13,737 nt of DNA from Ostreococcus tauri (lineage: Eukaryota), in assembly GCA_000214015.2 (NCBI GenBank), contig CAID01000014.2, positions 43,340 to 57,076 of the forward strand, written 5' to 3'. A program made the translations under genes and the position numbers. Positions 7,691 through 13,737 of this stretch are shown here, in pieces. The notes beneath the pieces were generated by a model. It saw nothing but the letters and a program-made list of their open reading frames with translations, was not told where the DNA came from and ran no database searches. Positions within the stretch are counted from its first letter, which is position 1. Each line of letters opens with the position of its first letter.

Positions 7691-7752
7691 CTCGTTTTCC
7701 CGCGCGCGCGCACGCCATCGTCGAAAGCGTGGTACACTATGGTAACGTGTGC

Positions 7753-7759
7753 TATAAAA
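7753..7759 (+). promoter_or_regulatory. TATAAAA box-like element in an AT-rich island between the tRNA-Val 5' end and the next CDS
   Basis: gctataaaatcaaaaaaatcaacacacacg is the only strongly AT-rich stretch in the 7691..7802 spacer. It lies 44-50 bp upstream of the ATG at 7803. A start site about 30 bp downstream would make 7803 the first AUG. Confidence 0.3.
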
Positions 7760-7802
7760 TCAAAAAAATCAACACACACGCATCCATCAAAAGACATCGC
7801 AA

Positions 7803-8840
7803 ATGTTACGGGCGCACGTCGGGCGCGACCCATCGACGCCCCGCCGCGCGCCCCCGGCCCCACCGCCCGTCGCGCGCGCGCCCGTCCTCGACCGTCGCCC
7901 CCGTCGCGCGGGGTCTCACCGCACCGCGCCCGCCCGTCGCCCGCGCGTGATGTCCGCGTGGACGTCCCCGCTCGATCTCCACGACGACTCGGTGGACTTT
8001 GCGAGGAACCGCGTGGACGAGGACGCCGAGCGCGCGCGCGCGCGGACGTACGCCGCGAGCGCGCGCGCGCGTGCGCTCGGTGGGATCGTCGACGCCGATG
8101 ACGCGCCGGACGTGTGCGTCATCGCGGTCGGGAGCGACGCCGCGCGCGCGATCGCGCTGGGATGCGCGCGCGCGTGCGACGGAACGCCGCGCGGGGCGGT
8201 CGTGACGTCGGCGAGCGACGCTGAGGGACGGGCGACGCGCGCGAGCGCGCTGGGTGAACGGGCGCGGTTCGGGAGCGCGTGCGCGGCGAGCGTGACGACG
8301 ATTCACGTCGGGCGACGGGCGCGCGGGACGGGCGCGGTGGCGATCGCGGAGACGCGCGGAGACGTCTCCGGGACGTGCGCTCGGGCGTGGGCGAGGGAGA
8401 CGCTTCGTGCGTGCGGCGTCCGTGGTGGGTCGAAGACAAAGGTGCTCGCGTTGACGTCGTGTTCGGAGACCGAGACGAGCGAGGCGGAGATGACGGCGGG
8501 AGAGATCGATCGAGTCGTGGCGTACGGATTGGACACGGGAGCTCTGCGCGCGGAGTTGGAGGGGTCGGCGTGGCCGGCGCCGCCGCGCGCGTATCCGGTC
8601 GGTCGGCTTTTGGAATCGGTCGGGGCGTCGGCGCTGATGAGCGCGTGCGACGCGCTCGGCGTCGCCGCGCGCGTCGTCGCGATTCCAGAGAGTGAACCGG
8701 TTCGAGTGCTTTACTGCGGTGCCGACCTGAACGCCGTGAACGAAGCGGCGGCGCACGCGAGCGCGCTGCTCGGTCGAGTCGTGGAGCACGATTACAAACC
8801 CCGTCTCGCCCCGATGCGCGCGGAGAACGTGTACGCGTGA
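7803..8840 (+). CDS. Hypothetical protein, tentatively proteasome assembly chaperone 1 (PAC1/PSMG1)-like; the alternative start at 7950 gives 296 aa
   Basis: ATG at 7803, TGA at 8838-8840. From the internal Met at 7950 (MSAWTSPLDL) the length (296 aa) and motif order resemble human PSMG1 (288 aa) as I recall it. VCVIAVGSDAARAIAL matches FIIAIGNNAVAFL. KVLALTSCSETETSE matches QITILTCRHVTDYKT. LLESVGASALMSACDALGVAARVVAIPESE matches IVHDLPAAVLSYCQVWKIPAILYLCYTD. The C-terminus ENVYA matches SNIYT. The first 49 codons (Arg/Pro/Ala-rich) may be leader sequence or a real extension. Confidence 0.5.
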   Translation: MLRAHVGRDPSTPRRAPPAPPPVARAPVLDRRPRRAGSHRTAPARRPRVMSAWTSPLDLHDDSVDFARNRVDEDAERARARTYAASARARALGGIVDADDAPDVCVIAVGSDAARAIALGCARACDGTPRGAVVTSASDAEGRATRASALGERARFGSACAASVTTIHVGRRARGTGAVAIAETRGDVSGTCARAWARETLRACGVRGGSKTKVLALTSCSETETSEAEMTAGEIDRVVAYGLDTGALRAELEGSAWPAPPRAYPVGRLLESVGASALMSACDALGVAARVVAIPESEPVRVLYCGADLNAVNEAAAHASALLGRVVEHDYKPRLAPMRAENVYA

Positions 8841-8860
8841 GATGTATTATGACATTTTAT

Positions 8861-8898
8861 TACCGACTGCTAGGTACCGACTGCTAGGTACTTGTAGG
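8861..8898. repeat. 14-bp tandem repeat TACCGACTGCTAGG x2 plus a degenerate third unit (TACTTGTAGG) in a 73-bp convergent intergenic spacer
   Basis: Read directly: taccgactgctagg at 8861-8874 and again at 8875-8888, then tacttgtagg at 8889-8898. It is flanked by tttatt at 8856-8861 and 8902-8907, which reads AATAAA on the minus strand, downstream of the MscS-like stop. Confidence 0.9.
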
Positions 8899-8913
8899 TT
8901 ATTTATTAGTCCA

Positions 8914-10632
8914 TCACGCCGAAGACGACGCGGGCATCGCGTACGTCCTGTCGGTGGGTAACGCCGGGGAGTTTGGGCAGTGCTTTTTGACGATCTTTAC
9001 GATGTCGATGAGAATGGCTTGACGCTTTTCTTTCCACTTCTTTTCGCCATAGTACGCGTCGCCGTGCATGAACATCTCGACCTGCACCATTAAATGGTCG
9101 ACCTCGATCTTTTTCAGCGCGACTTCCGGAGCCTTGTACGCCGAGTTCACGTCTGGGTGTTGCGAGAGGAAGGTTCGGAGCTCCTTCGTCAAGGCTTCGA
9201 TGCCTTCAAAGTCGGTTAGCGCGATTCGAAGCTGCGGCCCGAGCCACTCGTTTGGTTCGCGAGACGTGTTGATGACGTTCGCACCAAGAAAGTAGCCGTT
9301 CGGGATCGTCGTCACCTTTCCATCCTTCGGGATGAGCTTGGTCTGATACCAGCCGATTTCCGCCACCTTGTAATTACTGACATCCTTCTCCTTGGAATCG
9401 CGATATTTACCGCCGCCGCCGGTGAGATATATCTTCTCTCCCACCTTGAACGGACGCATGACGGCCAAGACGAGACCGCCGATGAGATTACTGATGAAAT
9501 CCTTGGCCGCCAAACCGAACGCCAGACCTCCGAGACCGCCGAACGAGAATAAAACTTTTGCCGGTATGCCGAACGCGGAGAGCGTGAGCATGAGCGTCGT
9601 CACGACGACGGCGGCTGACGTAAGACGCGTGATCACGAGCTGTAGACTCGCATCCTCTCTGATCGATGGTAAAAACCGCCCGAGCAATTTCGGTCCGTAC
9701 TGCTGAATCGCCATGACGACGATGATCCCGAGCGAGAACGTGTACGACCCCTTGTCGAATCCGAGCTTGATGTACTCCGGGATGTCCCACTCCGTGCTCA
9801 ACATGTCGATCATCGAGCATCCGACGTCGAAGACGTACGACACGACGAACAAAGCCTGAATCACTCGCATCGGCGCCTTGACCCAGCTGAGAAAGCTTTT
9901 CTCGAACTGCGCTTCTCGGTAATTTTGAACCAGCAACGTCTTCATTCGCTCCGACGCGCGAAACGCCTTCTCCCGTCCGCGTCTGATGAGCCAGTTCCAC
10001 GCGAACAGGACCCAGACATCCTCCACGTTCCAATCCTCTTGCGTCTTGAGCTCGATCGCGTGCAAGGCGTCGCCGACGGTGGACAAACTCTTCGCCATCG
10101 CGGTGGTCGCCCCCGCGCGCACGCGCGCGCGAAGCGCCCCCAATTCGTCAACCACCCCCATCGCCCCCGACCGCGCGCGCACCGCCGCGCTCGCGGTCGC
10201 CCGCGGCGCCGCTTCCGCGTGCGCCCTCGGGACCACCATCACCGTCCCTCGCACCGAGACCAGGGCGAGGACGCACGATAAGACGACGCGTCTCGCCCCG
10301 TCCGCCGCCCGCCGTCCCGCGCGCGCCGTCTCGCGCGTCTCCGTCCGTTCCATCTCCGTCTCCGTCCCCCGCGCACGCGCGCGCGTTCGATCGACGTCTC
10401 CACCGTCGACGCGATGCGTCCGTCGTCGCGCGCGGTCGCGCGTCCACCACCATTGCGCGCCGTCGACGCGGCCGTGGACGCGTTCGACGCCGTTCCCATT
10501 GACACATTCCACGCGATTGACACGTCCCACGCGCGGCGTCGCGCGCGTCCATCGCGCACACGCGGTCGAACGCCCCCTATGGCGCGTCGACCGCGACGCC
10601 GGCGCGCCCGAGGGCGCGCGCGCGCGTCGCAT
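8914..10632 (-). CDS. MscS-family (MSL-like) small-conductance mechanosensitive ion channel; the N-terminal boundary is uncertain (alternative ATG at 10353)
   Basis: TGA (tca at 8914-8916) and ATG (cat at 10630-10632). The MscS core is clear: VLFSFGGLGGLAFGLAAKDFISNLIGGLVLAVMRPFKVGEKIYL..GWYQTKLIPKDGKVTTIPNGYFLGANVINTSREP. Hydrophobic helices lie upstream: VWVLFAWNWLI, VIQALFVVSYVFDVGCSMI, YTFSLGIIVVMAIQQY, LTSAAVVVTTLMLTLSAFGI. The first 93 codons are extreme-GC and Arg-rich. MERTETRETARAGRR..VVLSCVLALVSVRG, from 10353, reads like a targeting or signal peptide. Confidence 0.88.
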   Translation of the reverse strand: MRRARAPSGAPASRSTRHRGRSTACARWTRATPRVGRVNRVECVNGNGVERVHGRVDGAQWWWTRDRARRRTHRVDGGDVDRTRARARGTETEMERTETRETARAGRRAADGARRVVLSCVLALVSVRGTVMVVPRAHAEAAPRATASAAVRARSGAMGVVDELGALRARVRAGATTAMAKSLSTVGDALHAIELKTQEDWNVEDVWVLFAWNWLIRRGREKAFRASERMKTLLVQNYREAQFEKSFLSWVKAPMRVIQALFVVSYVFDVGCSMIDMLSTEWDIPEYIKLGFDKGSYTFSLGIIVVMAIQQYGPKLLGRFLPSIREDASLQLVITRLTSAAVVVTTLMLTLSAFGIPAKVLFSFGGLGGLAFGLAAKDFISNLIGGLVLAVMRPFKVGEKIYLTGGGGKYRDSKEKDVSNYKVAEIGWYQTKLIPKDGKVTTIPNGYFLGANVINTSREPNEWLGPQLRIALTDFEGIEALTKELRTFLSQHPDVNSAYKAPEVALKKIEVDHLMVQVEMFMHGDAYYGEKKWKEKRQAILIDIVKIVKKHCPNSPALPTDRTYAMPASSSA

Positions 10633-10693
10633 GCGCGCGGTCGACGCGCGCTGACGTGGCGCACGCGCGCCGAGGGGGGGTCGGTCGCGTCAC

Positions 10694-10720
10694 CCCTAAA
10701 CCCTATACCCTATACCCTAG
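10694..10720. promoter_or_regulatory. Interstitial telomere-type heptamer block CCCTAAA CCCTATA CCCTATA CCCTAG (telo-box-like) in the divergent promoter between the MscS-like and coiled-coil genes
   Basis: Read directly at 10694-10720. CCCTAAA is the complement of the plant-type telomere unit TTTAGGG, and AAACCCTA is the plant telo-box core. The block lies 219-245 bp upstream of the ATG at 10939. A single AACCCTAG also occurs at 13646-13653, about 245 bp upstream of the TPP ATG. Confidence 0.5.
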
Positions 10721-10938
10721 TTTTGTCACATTCATCCGTCGTCGTGCGAGGCCCATCGCGCGCGCGTCGGGCGGGAGACACGGCCGCGACGCCCGGACGC
10801 GGCGATTCGGACCCACCGCGGACGCGCGCACGGGTCGATCGCGTCGACGGCGTCGAGAACGGGCGAGAGCGGACGCGAACTGCGCGGTGACGGGTCGATC
10901 GCCCGTGTGTCAGCGGTGGACGCTTGGTGATCGACGGC

Positions 10939-12297
10939 ATGCCGGAACGCGAGCGCGTGGACGTGTCTTTGGTCGCCCTGGCGACGCGGGCGGTGACGAA
11001 CGATGCGCGGTCGCGGTACGAGGGGGCGAAGGCGACGTTGGGGTCGATGACGGGGGCGTGGGACGTGAAGGATGACGAGGGGGGGAAGAAGCGGGCGGCG
11101 CGCGGGACGCGGCGCGCGGACGAGACGTCTGCGTATATGCTCCCGAGAGAACGCAGGCACGCGCCGGTGAAGGCGACGAAGACGAACGATCGAGGGCCGA
11201 GCGCGCTGGAGACGCTGCGGGAGCGGTCGAGGACGCTGACGACGGACCTGGACGAGGCGTTGACGGCGGCGAGCGAGGCCACGGCGGATCGAAGGCGCTC
11301 GGCGGAGGATCTTCGCGCGAGTGGGTCGCGACGAGGCGCGAGTTTGGCGGAGAAATCGGCTCTGAAGGATGCGGAGGAAGCGTTGAGGCACGCGGAGGCG
11401 GCGGAGCGACGGGTGAAGAGTGAAGCGGAACGACGGGTGAAGCTCGCCGAGGACAAGGCGAGAAAAGAACAGAAGGATAAGGAGGCGAAAAAAAGAGCAT
11501 CGGCGGCGGCTGCGACGGTGAAAGAGACGAAGACGAAGCCCGCGGATAAGGCAAAGACGAGTTCGTCGAAAAAGTCCGCTTCGTCTCCGCAGCTGACCAA
11601 GCTGAAGAACAACCCGAACGCCGTCGTGGAGGTTTGCAAATTCGTCGTCCCAGCTCTGTTCGCTTGGATCATTCGGCAACCGCGAATCAATCAACTTAAG
11701 AAGCGCAACAAAGAACTGCAGAGTAAGTTTCAAAGCTCGACGCTTAATAAGAACGCGTCGAACATCGACGCGTCCAAGCTTCGTCAGCAAGTTGTCGAGC
11801 TTCGCGAAGAGCGCGACGCCGCGTTGCGCGAAGCCCAGGACAGCAGAGACGCGGCTGAGTCGGTGATGCAGCGTAGGAAGCAGCACAAGGAGGTTACGAT
11901 TAAAAAAATGGCCGCCGACCACTCCGCGCAACTGAAAAAGGTTCGCGAGGAAACGGCCAAGGAAATCAAGGAAGCCAAGGCGTTGGAGGTGGGCGCGCGG
12001 TGGCGCGAGAACGCGTGCAGACGCTTGAAGAATCAAGCCGAGGCGCGAGCGAGCGAGCTGGAAAAGAAAATCGAAGAGCTCGAGCGTAAGATAAACGCGC
12101 TGGAAAACGTGAAAAAAGCGGCTCAAAACGTCGGTCAAGGAGTTCAGAACGCGGCCAAGGGCGCCGTCGAGCTGTTCCGTCGAGGTTCGATGCGCATCAC
12201 GGGAGGCAACGCGGCTCCGGCGGGCGCGCAAGAATCGATGCCAATCGAGAACGACGCGCCGTCTTCGTCGAAGAACAACAAGAAAGGCAGGAAATGA
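10939..12297 (+). CDS. Uncharacterised Lys/Glu/Ala-rich coiled-coil protein (452 aa) with one central hydrophobic segment
   Basis: The track ORF starts at a TTG (10924). The first ATG is at 10939 (MPERERVD) and the TGA is at 12295-12297. Long heptad-like charged stretches are present: AEKSALKDAEEALRHAEAAERRVKSEAERRVKLAEDKARKEQKDKEAKK, and ELREERDAALREAQDS..ELEKKIEELERKINALENVKKAAQ. A hydrophobic stretch, AVVEVCKFVVPALFAWII, is encoded at about 11620-11680. I recognise no family. Confidence 0.7.
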   Translation: MPERERVDVSLVALATRAVTNDARSRYEGAKATLGSMTGAWDVKDDEGGKKRAARGTRRADETSAYMLPRERRHAPVKATKTNDRGPSALETLRERSRTLTTDLDEALTAASEATADRRRSAEDLRASGSRRGASLAEKSALKDAEEALRHAEAAERRVKSEAERRVKLAEDKARKEQKDKEAKKRASAAAATVKETKTKPADKAKTSSSKKSASSPQLTKLKNNPNAVVEVCKFVVPALFAWIIRQPRINQLKKRNKELQSKFQSSTLNKNASNIDASKLRQQVVELREERDAALREAQDSRDAAESVMQRRKQHKEVTIKKMAADHSAQLKKVREETAKEIKEAKALEVGARWRENACRRLKNQAEARASELEKKIEELERKINALENVKKAAQNVGQGVQNAAKGAVELFRRGSMRITGGNAAPAGAQESMPIENDAPSSSKNNKKGRK

Positions 12298-12366
12298 CGT
12301 CGATAGGTGTAAAGTATCGGTAGCTTATTGTAACAAGTGCAACTCAAGATGGATGGCCAAATGCAA

Positions 12367-13401
12367 TCAACGCGGTAGCGTCTTCACTTCACCCGCGTCG
12401 GCGAGCTTGCTCAACGTTGTGAGGAATTGAAGCACCTCCGGAGTGTTTCGGAGACTAAATTTCGCCGCGCTCACCTTGGGCGCGTGCGAGACGAGAACGC
12501 CCACGCCGAGGTGATCGCCCAACTTTTCGTTGATCTCCATGAACGCGTCCTCGTCCGTGACGTCGTCGCCGACGTAAACCGTGAACACCTCCTCCGATCC
12601 AAATCCTTTCTTCGCTAAATCTGGGATCAGCGCGTCACGAAGATAGGACAACGCTTTACCCTTGTCCCACGCCACGCGCGGTCGCACCTCCCACACCATT
12701 TTCCCGTCGTGCTTGATCAAACACTCATCCGAGGCGACGATTTCGTCCACAATCTTCTGGAATCTCGGTCGATCTGCGTCGCTCACGCCTCTGTAGTGCG
12801 CAGAGACGCAAAACATGTTGTGTTCGATGTTTGCACCCGGAATATCTCTCGTCTTTTCGATCAAATCGTTCGTGACGCGGTCCATGACGTCTCGCGCCCA
12901 CTGCGCCGGCTGATGCGCCAACGCGGTCGCCGTAATCGGCGTCCCGTCGCTCGTCCGCGTCGGTCCCGCGATGTCCAAACCGTGTGATCCGGCGTAATAC
13001 AGTTCTTCTAATTGTACGAACTGCGACACCTTGTGTCTCGACCGTCCACTGATGATCGCCGTCGGGAATCTTCGCGCGCACTGCCGCACCGCCTCCCGCA
13101 CCTCGTCGTCCATGAACGCCTTATCAGGCTCGTCCACGATCGGCGTCAGCGTCCCATCGTAGTCCAAAAACACCGTCAACAACTTCCCAACCGCCAGCTC
13201 CTTGAACTTCCCGTCACCCTCTCGCGCGAGCGCGTTCGGGTGAAATTCGTACCACTCCGCGTCGTCGTCCCAGTACTTTTCAATCGTCCCGATCGAGTCC
13301 GATCGCTTCATCCCCGCCTGCGCTTGCGGGAGTCCACCGAACGGCGGGCCTCGCGTTCGAATCTCCAGCGGTCCCGCGCGTCCCATGTCCTTGTACGACA
13401 T
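12367..13401 (-). CDS. TPP: Trehalose-6-phosphate phosphatase (HAD superfamily, plant TPP type), 344 aa
   Basis: ATG (cat at 13399-13401) and TGA (tca at 12367-12369). HAD motif I is in LTVFLDYDGTLTPIV. Also present are FPTAIISGRSR, ELYYAGSHGLDI, VWEVRP..WDKGKAL and motif IV, VYVGDDVTDEDAF. These are all hallmarks of plant and algal TPPs. Confidence 0.93.
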   Translation of the reverse strand: MSYKDMGRAGPLEIRTRGPPFGGLPQAQAGMKRSDSIGTIEKYWDDDAEWYEFHPNALAREGDGKFKELAVGKLLTVFLDYDGTLTPIVDEPDKAFMDDEVREAVRQCARRFPTAIISGRSRHKVSQFVQLEELYYAGSHGLDIAGPTRTSDGTPITATALAHQPAQWARDVMDRVTNDLIEKTRDIPGANIEHNMFCVSAHYRGVSDADRPRFQKIVDEIVASDECLIKHDGKMVWEVRPRVAWDKGKALSYLRDALIPDLAKKGFGSEEVFTVYVGDDVTDEDAFMEINEKLGDHLGVGVLVSHAPKVSAAKFSLRNTPEVLQFLTTLSKLADAGEVKTLPR

Positions 13402-13585
13402 CGCCCCCGTCCGTCGCCCGACGCGTCGTCACCGTCGGTCGACGCCGACGCTTCGGATTATTCTCTCTCGAGGCGTCGACGCACCCGTCACGGCGCGCGT
13501 CGTCGCCCGTCGCGCGCGTCGACGTCGCGCCTCGACGTCACGCCCGTCGACGACCTCGCGCGTCGTCGTGCGCGGCGTCGAGGCG

Positions 13586-13635
13586 TCGATGCGATGCGAT
13601 TCGATGCGATGCGATGCGATTCGATGCGATTCGAT
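13586..13635. repeat. Pentanucleotide microsatellite, 10 units of [T/G]CGAT, upstream of the TPP start codon
   Basis: Read directly: tcgat gcgat gcgat tcgat gcgat gcgat gcgat tcgat gcgat tcgat at 13586-13635. This is 185-234 bp upstream of the TPP ATG on the opposite strand. Confidence 0.95.
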
Positions 13636-13737
13636 GGGTTCGCGCAACCCTAGATACTCGTGCGAAACCCGACCTCGCGCGCGCGCGCGTCGATCGCGCG
13701 CGCGCTTCGACCGGCACGCCCTCGCGCGCGCGCGCGG

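Noticed and set aside
7696-7703. E2F-like site TTTCCCGC immediately upstream of the tRNA 5' end and about 100 bp before the ATG at 7803
   Set aside because: This is a single 8-mer in very GC-rich DNA and may occur by chance. I found no matching TTTSSCGC in the upstream regions of the STIL-like or Sfi1-like genes, where cell-cycle control would be expected.
7806-8789. 327-aa minus-strand ORF antisense to the PAC1-like gene; likewise 1827..2591(-), 3513..4100(-), 3015..3665(+), 5883..6440(-), 6623..7309(-), 8279..8695(+), 9986..10654(+) and 13012..13653(+)
   Set aside because: All are Arg/Ala/Ser/Pro-dominated, overlap a frame with recognisable domain homology, and several begin at non-ATG codons. 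They are stop-codon-poor artefacts of high GC.
10694-10720. A true chromosome end (telomere) or a telomere-fusion scar
   Set aside because: There are only four units, three of them variant (CCCTATA, CCCTAG). The block is embedded between two intact genes with unique sequence on both sides. I interpret it as an interstitial telo-box-like element.
10710-12231. Long minus-strand ORFs (326 aa and 499 aa) antisense to the coiled-coil gene
   Set aside because: They are Arg/Ser/Pro/Leu-rich low-complexity translations with no motifs. Such shadow ORFs are typical opposite GC-rich coding sequence, where the sense codons are GAG/AAG/GCG-rich. The sense frame has a coherent coiled-coil composition.
13676-13737. 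Alternating CG tracts and a near-palindrome around CGATCG (also at 7700-7712 and 10610-10670) as possible Z-DNA or structured elements, or CRISPR-like repeats
   Set aside because: (CG)n runs are found throughout the intergenic and coding DNA of this window. There is no regular repeat-spacer organisation and no associated genes. They look like a compositional property of the genome.
1-13737. A prokaryotic defence island, operon, mobile element or novel multi-gene system
   Set aside because: The gene content is eukaryotic: a STIL-like gene, Sfi1 repeats, a plastid-type LSMT with a transit peptide, a plant-type TPP, and a Pol III tRNA gene with an oligo-T terminator. Genes alternate in orientation with their own spacers. 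No transposase, integrase, terminal inverted repeat or phage-like gene is visible.

Overview
This window is gene-dense, apparently intron-free, GC-rich (roughly 60-65% by eye) eukaryotic nuclear DNA. The gene content and style point to a picoprasinophyte green alga of the Micromonas/Ostreococcus type; that origin is an inference from gene content, the plant-type LSMT and TPP genes, a Pol III-style tRNA gene and CCCTAAA-type heptamers. It is not a prokaryotic accessory region. I see no CRISPR array, transposon, integrase or defence-like operon. Two caveats apply to the supplied ORF track. It uses GTG/TTG starts, and it omits ORFs that have no stop inside the window. Because of the second point it misses a 610-codon minus-strand CDS at 1..1830. 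I support seven protein genes and one tRNA: (1) 1..1830(-), a STIL/Ana2/SAS-5-like protein, truncated at the window edge; (2) 1858..3372(+), a Rubisco-LSMT-like SET-domain methyltransferase with a transit-peptide-like N-terminus; (3) 3720..7529(+), a large Sfi1-like centrin-binding repeat protein with an exact 33-residue (99-bp) repeat period; (4) 7617..7690(-), tRNA-Val(UAC) with an oligo-T terminator; (5) 7803..8840(+), a divergent proteasome-assembly-chaperone-1 (PAC1/PSMG1)-like protein, called tentatively; (6) 8914..10632(-), an MscS-like mechanosensitive channel; (7) 10939..12297(+), an uncharacterised Lys/Glu-rich coiled-coil protein; (8) 12367..13401(-), trehalose-6-phosphate phosphatase. 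The most interesting observations are the STIL-like and Sfi1-like genes (centriole/centrin apparatus) lying 1.9 kb apart, the 27-bp head-to-head spacing of two start codons, telomere-type heptamers inside a divergent promoter, and several short tandem repeats in the very short intergenic spacers. All homology calls come from reading the translations and from remembered family motifs. No searches were run.
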